A DNA stretch of 64,000 bases from assembly GCA_963804645.1 (NCBI GenBank), contig CAWDRG010000009.1:1152001-1216000 (forward strand), written 5' to 3'. The notes under the pieces are model-generated. The model had not been told where the DNA came from, did no database searches, and saw only the letters and a list, made by a program, of their open reading frames with translations. Position numbers and translations under genes: made by a program. This DNA is from an uncultured Bacillota bacterium. Its GTDB lineage: Bacteria > Sysuimicrobiota > Sysuimicrobiia > Sysuimicrobiales > Segetimicrobiaceae. Within the stretch, counting starts at the first letter, position 1. Each line of letters opens with the position of its first letter. This document shows positions 40,977 to 50,946 of the stretch, piece after piece.

Positions 40977-42758
40977 TTACTCGGTCGACGACGCCGGCGG
41001 GGCGGTGAGGGGCGCGCGGCTTCCCCGATACCAATTGGTGATCGGCAGCCGGCGGTCTCTGCCGAACGCCTTTGGGGTGATCTTGATGCCCGGCGGCGCC
41101 TGGCGCCGCTTGTACTCGCTGCGGTCGACCATCGCGATCACGCGCGCCACCACGGTCGGGTCAAACCCTTCCGCGACGATCTCGTCGGCCGAGCGGTCGT
41201 CTTCGACGTACCGCTCGAGAATCGGGTCGAGCGTCTCGTACGGCGGCAGCGTGTCCTGGTCGGTCTGATGCGCGCGCAGTTCGGCGGTCGGGGCGCGCTC
41301 GATGACGCCCGCCGGGATCAGATCCCGCCCGGCCCGGGCGTTGCGCCAGCGGGCGAGATCGTACACGAGCGTCTTCGGGACGTCCTTGATCACCGCGAAC
41401 CCGCCGGCCATGTCGCCGTACAGCGTCGCGTAGCCGACGCTCATCTCGCTCTTATTGCCGGTCGTCAGCACGAGCCAGCCGAACTTGTTCGAGAGCGCCA
41501 TGAGGAGATTCCCGCGGCTCCGCGCCTGCAGGTTCTCCTCGGTGATGTCGGGCGGCCGGCCGGCGAATGCCGCGCGGAGCGCGGCCTCGTATTCCTTCAC
41601 GACCCCGCCGATCGGCAGCTCGAGCACGCGGATCCCAAGCGCCTCGGCGAGGGCCGCCGCGAACCGGCGGCTGTCCTCGGAGGTAAACTCGGACGGCATC
41701 GTGACGCCGTGGACCGCGTCGGCGCCCAGCGCGTCGACCGCGACGCACGCCACGAGCGACGAGTCGACGCCGCCGCTCAGGCCCACGACGACGCCCCGGA
41801 AGCCGTTCTTCCGGACGTAGTCCCGCGTGCCGAGCACCAGGGCGCGGTACACTTCTTCCACCTCGCCCGGGGGCGCGGGCGGCGGGACGGTCGGCAGCGC
41901 GGGGCGTTCCATCCGTCCGGCCGAGTTCGAGAGCGTGTAGACGGGCGCTCGGATCCCCTCGTCGCGCAGCGCGTCCGTGGTCCGGATCGAGTTGTACCGG
42001 CGGATGCCTCGGATCGCTTCGACGTCGAGATCGGCGACGATGAGCGCCTCTTCGAACGCCGGCCCGCGGGCGACGATGTCGCCGGTCGGGCCGACGATCA
42101 GGCTCAGCCCGTCGAAGACGAGCTCGTCCTGGCCGCCGATCAGATTGTTGTAGACGACCGCCACGGCGTAATCGCGCGCCCGCGTCTTCAGCATCTCCTC
42201 GCGGAGGCGCCACTTGCCGCGCGCGTACGGCGATCCGTTGATGTTGACGGCCACGAGCGCGCCGGCGAGCGACTGCGCCAGCAGCGGGCCGCCGGGCGCC
42301 CAGATGTCCTCGCAGATCGTGACCCCGACCGGCACGCCGTGGATCACGAACACGGGGCTGTCGGTGCCCGGCTGGAAGTACCGCTTCTCGTCGAAGACCC
42401 CGTAGTTCGGCAGGCGCATCTTGCGATACACGCCGGCGATGCGTCCCTCGTGCAGCACGGCCGCCGCGTTGTACAGGTGATCGCCGGAGTCGGCGAACCC
42501 GACGACGGCGGCCGTCGAGGTCGCGTGCGGCGCGATCTCGGCGAGGCACCGGAGGTTGTCGCGGATGAAGTCGGTCTTGATCAGCAGATCTTCGGGAGGA
42601 TAGCCGGCGATCGCGAGTTCCGGGAAGGCGACGACATCCACGCCGAGCGATTGGGCTTCCTCGAGGCGCTCGATGATCTTGCGGGTGTTGCCCTCGAAGT
42701 CCCCGACCGTGGCGTTCATCTGGGCCATCGCGACCCGGAATCGAGGCGTCATCCTCAT
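40977..42758 (-). CDS. nadE: Glutamine-dependent NAD+ synthetase
   Basis: Nitrilase domain (FPEL, ICEDIW) plus SGGVDS, TGNKSE..VGY.TLYGD, EYKRRQAPPG. Confidence 0.96.
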   Translation of the reverse strand: MRMTPRFRVAMAQMNATVGDFEGNTRKIIERLEEAQSLGVDVVAFPELAIAGYPPEDLLIKTDFIRDNLRCLAEIAPHATSTAAVVGFADSGDHLYNAAAVLHEGRIAGVYRKMRLPNYGVFDEKRYFQPGTDSPVFVIHGVPVGVTICEDIWAPGGPLLAQSLAGALVAVNINGSPYARGKWRLREEMLKTRARDYAVAVVYNNLIGGQDELVFDGLSLIVGPTGDIVARGPAFEEALIVADLDVEAIRGIRRYNSIRTTDALRDEGIRAPVYTLSNSAGRMERPALPTVPPPAPPGEVEEVYRALVLGTRDYVRKNGFRGVVVGLSGGVDSSLVACVAVDALGADAVHGVTMPSEFTSEDSRRFAAALAEALGIRVLELPIGGVVKEYEAALRAAFAGRPPDITEENLQARSRGNLLMALSNKFGWLVLTTGNKSEMSVGYATLYGDMAGGFAVIKDVPKTLVYDLARWRNARAGRDLIPAGVIERAPTAELRAHQTDQDTLPPYETLDPILERYVEDDRSADEIVAEGFDPTVVARVIAMVDRSEYKRRQAPPGIKITPKAFGRDRRLPITNWYRGSRAPLTAPPASSTE

Positions 42759-42904
42759 TCCTCCTGCGGCGGGTGCGCCACCCGTCGGCCTCCATTATAA
42801 CACCGGTCGATTTCACCGGCCGCGGCGAGGGGTTGTCCGCGTCGGATCCGAACCCCTTGCGTCGGCGCGGCGGTCGGTCGCCGCTGCGCCGACGGGGGGG
42901 CCTC

Positions 42905-44131
42905 ATGGGAAGTCAGTTGTCCGTGAGCGCGGCGGGCGCCGCGGGGTTTCTGGCGGACGTGCAGCACCTGACCGGCGCGCTCGGGGCGGCGCCGGCCCGT
43001 GCGGCCACCCCGGCGGCGGCGCTGCGGGAGATCCGGCACCTGGAGTGCGTGCAGATCGACCCCGTCGCCGTCGTCGAGCGCAACCAGCACCTGGTGCTCG
43101 CCGCGCGGGTGCCGGGCTACGCGCCCGCCCGGCTGGTCGAGCTGCTGCACCGGGGGCGGCTCTTCGAGTACTGGGCCAACGCCATCTGCGCGATTCCGAT
43201 CGAGGATTTTCCGATGTTTGAGGGGACGCGGCGGTGGTTTCAGCGGTACCTCGCGTCCGAGATCGCCGCGCTGCGACCGGTCGTGCGCCGGATCGTGGCG
43301 CAGCTCGAGAAAGAGGGTCCCCGGCCGGCGCGGGCCTTTGTGTCCCCGGAGCGGATCCGCGGCCATTGGGGGGCCGAGGCCAAAGCCACGTCCCACGCGC
43401 TGACGCTTCTGTTTCGCGCGGGCCGGCTCGTGGTCGCCAGGCGGGAGGGCGCGGAGCGGTACTTCGCGCTGCCGGAGCAGGTGATCCCCGCGGACCTGCG
43501 CGCCCGCGCGCGCGCGGTCACGACGGCGGAAGCGAACGACGCCCTGTTCGGGAAGTACGTCCGGGCGTGCCGAGTCTTCGATGCGCGCGATCCGCGGCTC
43601 GGATGGGGCAGGGTTCCCGCCGCCGCCCGGCGGAACGCGCTCGCACGCCGGCTTCGCGCCGGGGAGATCGTGCCGCTCAGGATCGAGGGGGTCGCGCGGC
43701 CGTACTTCGTGCGCGCGCAGGACGTCGACGCGCTCAGGCGCCGCGACGCGGCCGCGCGGGTCGGCGGCGAGCCGGACGAGGGGGTGCGCTTCCTCGCGCC
43801 GCTCGACAACCTGCTCTGGCGGCGTGAACGGCTCAGCGACCTCTTCGGCTTCGAGTATCGGTGGGAAGGATATACGCCGGTCTCGCAGCGCCGGTACGGC
43901 CACTACGCGATGCCGATCTTGAGCGGCGCCCGGCTGATCGGGAGGCTCGATCCGCGGCTCGACCGAGAGCGGGGGCGTCTCGTCGTGCGGCTGCTGCACC
44001 TCGAGCGGGGCGTTGCGCCGACCCGACGCCTGCGCGACCGCTTGGCCGCGGCGCTCGAGCGGTTCGCCGCGTTTCACGGGGCCCGCGACTACGCCGTCGA
44101 GCAGACCGACCCCCCGCGCCTGTGGAGGTAG
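42905..44131 (+). CDS. YcaQ/AlkZ-family winged-helix DNA glycosylase (HTH_42)
   Basis: VQIDP, FEYW, FLAPLDNLLW.R, FEYRWE.Y.P..RRYG.Y. Confidence 0.85.
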   Translation: MGSQLSVSAAGAAGFLADVQHLTGALGAAPARAATPAAALREIRHLECVQIDPVAVVERNQHLVLAARVPGYAPARLVELLHRGRLFEYWANAICAIPIEDFPMFEGTRRWFQRYLASEIAALRPVVRRIVAQLEKEGPRPARAFVSPERIRGHWGAEAKATSHALTLLFRAGRLVVARREGAERYFALPEQVIPADLRARARAVTTAEANDALFGKYVRACRVFDARDPRLGWGRVPAAARRNALARRLRAGEIVPLRIEGVARPYFVRAQDVDALRRRDAAARVGGEPDEGVRFLAPLDNLLWRRERLSDLFGFEYRWEGYTPVSQRRYGHYAMPILSGARLIGRLDPRLDRERGRLVVRLLHLERGVAPTRRLRDRLAAALERFAAFHGARDYAVEQTDPPRLWR

Positions 44132-44154
44132 GGCGGGCCGTCCCGCGCGCAGGA

Positions 44155-44187
44155 CGAGGGCCCGCCGGCACAGCCGGCGGGCCCTCG
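44155..44187. terminator. Perfect 15-bp hairpin between the convergent ycaQ-like gene and glnA
   Basis: CGAGGGCCCGCCGGC-ACA-GCCGGCGGGCCCTCG. Confidence 0.7.
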
Positions 44188-44221
44188 CTCGTCTCTTCGC
44201 GGATCCGCGCCGCGCGTCCGC

Positions 44222-45664
44222 TTATACGTCGTAGTACAGGAAGAACTCGTAGGGCACGGGCCGGATGTTGACCTCGTGGACTTCCTTCGTGCGCTTGTAA
44301 TCGATCCACGTGTCGAGCAGGTCGCGCGTGAACACGTCCCCCTCGAGCAGGAACTCGTGGTCGTCCTCGAGCGCCGCGAGCGAGACGTCGAGCGACCCCG
44401 GCACGCTCTTGATCTTGGCGGCCTCATCCGGCGGCAGCTCGTAGATGTTCCGGTCGAGGGGACCGAACCCCGCCTTCGTAGGATCAATCTTGCGCTTGAT
44501 CCCGTCGAGGCCGGCCATCAGCATGGCCGCGAACCCGAGGTACGGGTTGCACGTGGCGTCCGGGCACCGGAACTCCAGCCGCTTGCTGCTGGCCGCCGCG
44601 GGGCCCGAGAAGTACATCGGGATGCGGATCGCGGCGCTCCGGTTGCGCTTGCTGAACGCGATGTTCACCGGGGCCTCGTAGTGGGGGACGAGCCGGCGGT
44701 ACGAGTTCGTCGTGCACGCGCACAGGCCCAGCAGCGCGTTGACGTGGGTCAGCAGCCCGCCGACGTAGTACAGCGCCTCCTGGCTCAGTTCCGCATAGCC
44801 GCCCTCGCTGTAGAAGAGGTTCGCGCCGCCCTTCCACAGACTCTGGTGGACGTGCATGCCGGTTCCATTATCGCCGAACAGCGGCTTCGGCATGAACGTC
44901 GCGGTCAGGCCGTGGCGGCGGGCGACGTTCTTCACGATGTACTTGTAGCTCATCAGCGAGTCGGCCATTCTCGCGAGCGTGTTGTACTTGATGTCGATCT
45001 CGCACTGCCCGGCCGAGGCGACTTCGTGGTGCTGCATCTCCACCTCGATGCCCCAGGCTTCCATCTGCAGCGACATCTCGCTGCGGAGGTCGAGCAGCGT
45101 GTCGGCCGGCGCGACGGGGAAGTACCCCTCCTTCGAGCGGATCCGGTTGCCCATCCCGGGCTGGCCGGTGTTCCAGATCGCCTCGGGCGAGTCGATGCTG
45201 TACCCCATCCGCTGGGGGAGCACGTCGTACTGGACATTGCTGAACACGAAGAACTCGGCCTCGGGACCCCAGTAGCTCGTGTCCGCGATGCCCGTCGTCT
45301 TGAGGTACTCCTCGGCCTTCTGGGCAACGTGGCGCGGATCCCGCGTGTACGGCTTGCCCGTCGTCGGATCGTTGACGTTGCAGATGACCGAGAGCGTCGG
45401 CACCTCGGTGAACGGATCGGGCCGCGCGCTCGCCGGGTCCGGCATCAGGATCATGTCGCTCTCTTCGATCGCCTGGAACCCGCGGATGCTGCTGCCGTCG
45501 AAGCCGATCCCGCGCTTGAACGTCTTTTCGTCGATCTGGCTCGCGGGGATCGTCGCGTGCTGCCAGGTGCCCGGCATGTCCACGAACTTGAAGTCCACCA
45601 TCTTGATGCCGTGGTCCTTAATGTAGGCGACGACTTCCGACGCGCCCATGTCCTTGCCCGCCAT
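44222..45664 (-). CDS. glnA: Glutamine synthetase type I
   Basis: FDGSSIRG, HHEVA, ATFMPKP.FGDNG.GMHVHQSL, NRSAAIRIP, RNIYEL; GGAGG SD. Confidence 0.97.
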   Translation of the reverse strand: MAGKDMGASEVVAYIKDHGIKMVDFKFVDMPGTWQHATIPASQIDEKTFKRGIGFDGSSIRGFQAIEESDMILMPDPASARPDPFTEVPTLSVICNVNDPTTGKPYTRDPRHVAQKAEEYLKTTGIADTSYWGPEAEFFVFSNVQYDVLPQRMGYSIDSPEAIWNTGQPGMGNRIRSKEGYFPVAPADTLLDLRSEMSLQMEAWGIEVEMQHHEVASAGQCEIDIKYNTLARMADSLMSYKYIVKNVARRHGLTATFMPKPLFGDNGTGMHVHQSLWKGGANLFYSEGGYAELSQEALYYVGGLLTHVNALLGLCACTTNSYRRLVPHYEAPVNIAFSKRNRSAAIRIPMYFSGPAAASSKRLEFRCPDATCNPYLGFAAMLMAGLDGIKRKIDPTKAGFGPLDRNIYELPPDEAAKIKSVPGSLDVSLAALEDDHEFLLEGDVFTRDLLDTWIDYKRTKEVHEVNIRPVPYEFFLYYDV

Positions 45665-45706
45665 GGCCTGCACCTCCGTGTCCCCACGGGACAGAGTCGG
45701 TTCTCG

Positions 45707-45745
45707 AAAACAAAAACGCCTCCCGAGCGAATGCTCGAAAGGCGT
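45707..45745 (-). terminator. Intrinsic terminator inside the glnA 5' leader (attenuator)
   Basis: ACGCCTTTCGAGC-ATTC-GCTCGGGAGGCGT (11 WC + 2 GU pairs) followed by TTTTGTTTT. Confidence 0.8.
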
Positions 45746-45771
45746 CAGGGCCTCCGGTACGTCACGGTACC
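45740..45771 (-). promoter_or_regulatory. ANTAR-like dual hexaloop RNA element in the glnA leader
   Basis: GGTAC-CGTGAC-GTACC, GG, AGGC-CCTGAC-GCCT; second hairpin overlaps the terminator 5' arm. Confidence 0.7.
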
Positions 45772-45778
45772 TGGCCCG

Positions 45779-45807
45779 GTTATACCATGTGCCCGACGGC
45801 CCGTCAA
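45779..45807 (-). promoter_or_regulatory. glnA promoter (extended -10)
   Basis: TTGACG-N17-TATAAC with TGn just before the -10. Confidence 0.75.
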
Positions 45808-45914
45808 CCGGGGCGACGCGCGCGGGCGGGCGGCGCGCGATCCGCGCCGGTGCTTCAACAGATCGAGGGCGCCCCTGGAAGCTGGACGCCCTCGACGCCT
45901 ATGTCGGACGTGAG

Positions 45915-46139
45915 TTACAGCTCGATCGACTCGAGCATGGCATCCAGTTCCCGGCGCAGTTCCGGCGTGTTGTGGTGACCGTGGCTCGCCACCGCGTGGG
46001 TCGCCGCGGCCTCGAGGAGATCCGCGCGCTGCCCCGCCGGGGCCATGATCACCAGCCTGCAGTTCTTTTCACTGGGGAACCGCCCGCAATTTGCCATGAG
46101 CCACTGCCCCTTCGCCAAGCCTGCCTGTTTGAGTTCCAT
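45915..46139 (-). CDS. DUF1059-like small metal-binding protein
   Basis: C.RFPSE.NC...LLEAA..HAV..HGH..TPELR. Confidence 0.7.
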   Translation of the reverse strand: MELKQAGLAKGQWLMANCGRFPSEKNCRLVIMAPAGQRADLLEAAATHAVASHGHHNTPELRRELDAMLESIEL

Positions 46140-46244
46140 CTCGATCAACTCCCTTGTGTGAATGTCGTCCGCCGCGTGCGGCGGTGTGGTGCCGGACCGG
46201 TGCTGGACAAGGATCCAAAGACGGGGCCCGCTCGACGCAACCCG

Positions 46245-46604
46245 TCAGGTGAGTCGGGCGTACGCGGTCATTCCGGTGACGTCGATGACCACCACGGGAT
46301 CGGCTCCGACGACCCAGGCGTCGTGCCCCGGGGGCAGCACCGACACGTCGCCCGGCACGAACTCCTGTTCCGTTCCGTCGTCCATCCGCACCCGCAGGCG
46401 TCCCGCGACGTGGTACTGGGTGTGCGGCGCTTCGCAGCTCTTCGTCTTCACGATCGGTCGAACCGAATCGGACCACTTCCACCCGGGCTCGAACGTGCCC
46501 CGTCCAAACGTAATGCCGCCGAGCGTGACAAGTTCCAACTTGCCCTTTGGAAACGACCGCGTTTCGTCGGGCGCGTTCAGGGTCTTGTGCTGCATCGGTG
46601 CCAT
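46245..46604 (-). CDS. Cupin domain protein
   Basis: EPGWKWS..V.P...T.SC..PH...PPGHDAWVVG. Confidence 0.85.
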   Translation of the reverse strand: MAPMQHKTLNAPDETRSFPKGKLELVTLGGITFGRGTFEPGWKWSDSVRPIVKTKSCEAPHTQYHVAGRLRVRMDDGTEQEFVPGDVSVLPPGHDAWVVGADPVVVIDVTGMTAYARLT

Positions 46605-46752
46605 CGTCCACCCCCTTCTGCCATCGGCTGAGCGATTGCTCTCGGCGCTAGCGTACCGCGCCCCCGTTGCCGTGGCGTTCCGGAGGCCTTCCAGGGCTGT
46701 TCATGCGGAGTTCAAATTGGGGGTTCTGCCGGATCCGGCGCCTGGCGGGCCG

Positions 46753-49700
46753 TCAGACCAGATCGGACGCGAGCCGGAGGTTCTCTTCGAGGGTGTCGGT
46801 GCGGCCGCGGAGCCTGGCCGAGGCCCACGCCGCGCCGCCGAGCGCCTCCCGGAGCCGGGTGACGACGCGCTCGTGGTCCGGCTCGTCGACTGGCCAGCGG
46901 GGGGTCCCGATGGCCTCGCGCATCCCGTCCGCGGCGCCGAGCAGGCGCGCCGCCGGCTCGACACTGCCGCCGGCCTCTGCGACGCGCGCCAGGCCCTCCA
47001 AACACTCGATGATTCCACGCTGGTCTCCCAGGGCCCGGCGGCGCTGGAGGCTGTCGCGGATCAGCCGGGCCGCGTCCGGGAGGTCGCCCGCAGCGCACGC
47101 CACCATGCCGAGTTGAAACAACGGCGTGGCGAGGTCCCCGTCGGGATTGCTGTGCTCGAGCAGCCGGAGGCTCTCCTCGAGCAGCTGCTTCGCCCGCGCG
47201 TGCTCGCCGCGGTACCGGGCGAGCGTACCCAGCCCGGCGAGCGATTCCGCGATCCCGCTCGTGTCCTCGAGGGCCCGCTGGACGGGGAGGCTCTCGTCGA
47301 ACAGCGCCGCGGCCCTCGCCATCTCGCCCCGGGCGAGGGCGACGAGCCCGAGGCCGCACTTCCGGTACGCGGCGTCCCATTTCTTCCCGAGCTCGTCCGC
47401 CAGCGCGATCCCCGCCTCCAGCAGGCCGGCGGCCCGCTCGTGCTGGCCCCGCATCAGCGCGATCCGCCCCAGTCTGCCGAGCGACGCCGCCACCGCCGGT
47501 TTGCGGCCGAGCTGACGTTGCAGTCCCAGCGCTTCTTCCATCAGGACGTCCGCGCGTCCGTATTCCGCGTGGTTCGTCGCGAGGATCCCGAGTTGATAGA
47601 GACACTGGGCGATCCCCGCCGTGTCCCCGACGCGGCGGAAGAGCGCCAAGCTCTCCTCGAGCAGGCGGGCGGCTCCCCCGGGATCCCCCTCGTGCAGGGC
47701 CACCGTCGCGATCTCGGCCAGGGCGACCGCGCTCGTCCACGGGTCGGTCACCGACCGGCCCAGCGCCCGGCTTTCCTCGCAGATCGCGACGCCGCGCGCA
47801 TGCTGGCCGCGGTGCCACGTCGCGTGGCCGAGCCAGGCGAGCGACAGCATCAGCGCCTCCCGATCTTGCTGCCCGCGCGCGATCGGGACCGCCTGCTCCA
47901 AGACCGCGCCGGCGTGATCGAAGTCGTCCTGCGCGAAGGCCAGCCGTCCGGCTCCGATCAGCACCCGCATGCGCACGACGGGGTCGGCCCGTTCCGAGCG
48001 CAGCGCGCGCTCGAGCCAGTCGCGTCCCTCGCTGAGGTAGCCGCGCCCGTGCCAATATCCCGAGAGCGCCGCCGTCATCAGCACGCCCGCGTCGTCCGCC
48101 TGTTGGCCGAGCGACCACTCGAGCGCGGCGCGCAGGTTGTCGTGCTCATTCTCGAGCCGGTCCAGCCACACGGCCTGGTCCGGTCCCCTCAACGCCGGCG
48201 CCGCTTCGTCGGCCAGGCGCCCGAAGAACGCGCCGTGGCGTCGGCGCACCGCCACGGCCTCGCCCGACTCGACGAGCTTGGTCTGGATGTACTGCCGCAC
48301 CGTCTCCAGCAGGCGGTAGCGGCCCGGTTCCATCAGCACCATCGACTTGTCCACGAGCTGGGCCAGCAGGTTGAGCACGTCCACCTCGTCGAGCGCGTCG
48401 CCGGCGCCGACGGCCTGCGCCGCGTCCAGCGTGAATCCGCCGGCGAACACCGAGAGATGCCGCAGCAGCGCGCGCTCCGGTTCCGGCAGGAGGTCGTAGC
48501 TCCAGTCCATGGCGGCGCGGAGGGTTTGGTGGCGGGACATGGCCGTCCGCGTGCCCCCGGTCAGCAGCCGGAACCGGTCGTTGAGGCGGGCGGCGATGAC
48601 TTCCACCGGCAGCGCCTTCAGCCGTGCCGCCGCGAGTTCGAGCGCCAGCGGGATCCCGTCGAGGTGCGTGCAGATCGCGGCGACCATCGACGCGTTCTCG
48701 GCCGTCAGCGTGAAGCCCGGCTGGCTCAGCGCCGCCCGCTCAAGGAACAGGCGTACCCCGTCGTACTGCAGCAGGTGCTCCGCGCGCCCGGACTGACGCG
48801 CGTCGGGAACCGACAGCGATGAGACCCGATACACGGCTTCGCCCGCGACGCCGAGCACCTCTCGGCTCGTCGCCAGAATGCGGAGATCGGGACAGCGGCG
48901 GAGCAGGGCCTCGGCAAACTGCACGCATCCGCTCGCGACATGCTCGCAGTTGTCCAGCAGCAAGAGCGCGCGCTTGGTGAGCAGATAGTCGCTCAGGGCG
49001 GTGACGAGCGACCGCGTCGTCTCCTCTCGAAGATCGAGGACGGAGGCGACGGCCTGGGGGATCAGCGTCGCGTCGGGCAGGACGGAGAGGTCGACCAGCC
49101 AGACTCCGTCCGGGAACTCCGGCTGCGCGCCGGCCGCCACTTCGAGCGCGAGGCGGGTCTTGCCGACGCCGCCGGCGCCGACGAGCGTCAACTGCCGGCT
49201 GGCCGCGAGGCGCTCCCGGACCTCCGCGAGCTCGCGCGTCCGACCGACGAAGCTTGTGAGGGCGAGCGGGAGGTTGGTGCGTCCGCGCGCGGGCTGGTCC
49301 GCGGGCGGTCGCGCCGGCGCGGGCGGCGGAGGAGCGGCGGGGGGCACCGTGCCGGCGACGACGTCCTCGTAGAGGCGCTGGCTCGCGGCGTCGGGCGCGG
49401 CGTCGAACTCGCGGCTGAGCGCCTCGCGCAGGATCTGATACTGGCGGAGCGCATGCAGGCGCTGGCCCGTGGCCGCGTACAGACGCATCAGGCCGCGGTG
49501 CGCCTCCTCCCGGCCCGCGTCGGCCACGAGGAGTAGCTGGAAGGTCTCGATCGCCTGCCCGTACGCCCGCTCCGCCTCATACAGCGCCGCCAGATCGTAC
49601 AGCAGCGCGAGATACTCCTGCTGCAGCGCGTCCCGCCGGCCGACGGACCACTCCTCGTACCGGTCCTCGGGAAGCACTTCACCGCCGTACAGGCCGAGGG

Positions 49701-50118
49701 CCGATTGATACGCGTCGATCCGCTTTGTCGTCCTTGCGCGGATGACGGCCTGCTCGAACGCGTCGGCGTCGATCCACACCGCATCGCGCGCCAGCATGAT
49801 GACGTCGTCTTGGAGCGACAGTGTGCGTGGGGCCGGCGCGGGCCCGTCGGCTTCGAGCACACGTCTGGCGATGTGCATCGCCTTGCGGAGGTTATTCGCC
49901 GCCGCGGGGGGCTCGAGGTCGGGCCACAGCCACTCGGTGACCTGCTCCCGGTGGAGGCGGTGGCCCGGGGTGAGCGCCAGCAACTTGACGAGGGTTCTCG
50001 ACTTGCGAAGGGGCCACGCGGCGGAAGGAATCTCCCGGGGTCCGGACGCCACCCGGAACCCGCCGAGAATCCAGATGCTCAGTTGGCTGCCCGGCTCCTC
50101 GAGGTGATCACCCGGCAT
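46753..50118 (-). CDS. AfsR/SARP-type regulator: BTAD + NB-ARC-like ATPase + TPR repeats
   Basis: EEAHRGLMRLY, NLPLALTSFVGR, GAGGVGKTRLA, LLDNCEH, LDGIPLALELAAA, TPR tail. Confidence 0.88.
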   Translation of the reverse strand: MPGDHLEEPGSQLSIWILGGFRVASGPREIPSAAWPLRKSRTLVKLLALTPGHRLHREQVTEWLWPDLEPPAAANNLRKAMHIARRVLEADGPAPAPRTLSLQDDVIMLARDAVWIDADAFEQAVIRARTTKRIDAYQSALGLYGGEVLPEDRYEEWSVGRRDALQQEYLALLYDLAALYEAERAYGQAIETFQLLLVADAGREEAHRGLMRLYAATGQRLHALRQYQILREALSREFDAAPDAASQRLYEDVVAGTVPPAAPPPPAPARPPADQPARGRTNLPLALTSFVGRTRELAEVRERLAASRQLTLVGAGGVGKTRLALEVAAGAQPEFPDGVWLVDLSVLPDATLIPQAVASVLDLREETTRSLVTALSDYLLTKRALLLLDNCEHVASGCVQFAEALLRRCPDLRILATSREVLGVAGEAVYRVSSLSVPDARQSGRAEHLLQYDGVRLFLERAALSQPGFTLTAENASMVAAICTHLDGIPLALELAAARLKALPVEVIAARLNDRFRLLTGGTRTAMSRHQTLRAAMDWSYDLLPEPERALLRHLSVFAGGFTLDAAQAVGAGDALDEVDVLNLLAQLVDKSMVLMEPGRYRLLETVRQYIQTKLVESGEAVAVRRRHGAFFGRLADEAAPALRGPDQAVWLDRLENEHDNLRAALEWSLGQQADDAGVLMTAALSGYWHGRGYLSEGRDWLERALRSERADPVVRMRVLIGAGRLAFAQDDFDHAGAVLEQAVPIARGQQDREALMLSLAWLGHATWHRGQHARGVAICEESRALGRSVTDPWTSAVALAEIATVALHEGDPGGAARLLEESLALFRRVGDTAGIAQCLYQLGILATNHAEYGRADVLMEEALGLQRQLGRKPAVAASLGRLGRIALMRGQHERAAGLLEAGIALADELGKKWDAAYRKCGLGLVALARGEMARAAALFDESLPVQRALEDTSGIAESLAGLGTLARYRGEHARAKQLLEESLRLLEHSNPDGDLATPLFQLGMVACAAGDLPDAARLIRDSLQRRRALGDQRGIIECLEGLARVAEAGGSVEPAARLLGAADGMREAIGTPRWPVDEPDHERVVTRLREALGGAAWASARLRGRTDTLEENLRLASDLV

Positions 50119-50291
50119 GCCCGCACGCTCCTTTGCCCGTCGGCTTTCGAGGCATGCGTCGCGGATGCCTCCACGGCCGCGGGCGGGCGCCGGGGGTTCC
50201 CGGGGCGCTTCGGCAGGCGCCGGAGCGCGCGGTCCGAAAGTCATTCAGCGGCGCGGCCGGCGGTCGCGACGATATCGCGGAGGGATGGCCG

Positions 50292-50846
50292 ATGCTCGCG
50301 TACGTGTTTTGGCACTATCCGGATGCGGGGCTGGACGCTGGACGGTACGAGGCGCACCTTGCTGCGTTCCATCGCGCGCTCGCCGCGGCGTCGCCCGATG
50401 GATTTCTCGGATCCGCGGCGTACCGGATCGACGGGGCTCCCTGGCTCCCGGGCAGCGATGGATACGAGGACTGGTACGAACTGGCCGACTGGACGGCGCT
50501 CGGCGTGCTGAACGCGGCCGCGGTGTCCGCGTCCACGCGCGGCGATCACGATGCCGTGGCGGGCCTGGCGGACGGCGGAGCGGGTGGCGTCTATCAATCG
50601 CTGCGTTCGGCCGCTCGCGGCGCGTCAGACGCCGGGCTGTGGCTCACCAAGCCGAGAGGCACGCCGTATTCCGAGTTCATGGGGGCGTTGGAGGCCCTGC
50701 CAGCGGTCTTCGCACTGTGGCAGCGGCAGATGGTGTTGGGGCCGACCGCGGAGTACTTCGTCGCCGGCCCTGAGGCGATGCTCGAGCACGCGATCTTCCC
50801 CGGCGGCTGGAAGCCCCGGTTGATCCGCCGGCATCGTGTGTTCTGA
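50292..50846 (+). CDS. Conserved hypothetical protein
   Basis: MLAYVFWH...YEDWY...LWQRQMVLGP..E; protein-like composition; SD-like GGAGGG upstream. Confidence 0.7.
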   Translation: MLAYVFWHYPDAGLDAGRYEAHLAAFHRALAAASPDGFLGSAAYRIDGAPWLPGSDGYEDWYELADWTALGVLNAAAVSASTRGDHDAVAGLADGGAGGVYQSLRSAARGASDAGLWLTKPRGTPYSEFMGALEALPAVFALWQRQMVLGPTAEYFVAGPEAMLEHAIFPGGWKPRLIRRHRVF

Positions 50847-50946
50847 ACTGGGAGCCGGCACGGAGCGGGCGCGGCGTGCTCACCGGATGGCTCGTCACAG
50901 GCGCACGCGCCACCCGCGGCACGACAGGCCGTGCTGATAGGCTGGG

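Noticed and set aside
45707..45775. glnA (glutamine) riboswitch as the explanation of the glnA leader
   Set aside because: I could not see the three-stem junction/E-loop of that class; twin hexaloops overlapping a terminator fit better. An Rfam scan would settle it.
46753..50118. ATPase-TPR protein as an antiphage STAND (Avs) system
   Set aside because: The N-terminal wHTH/BTAD marks it as an AfsR-like transcription regulator; it has no nuclease or other effector domain.
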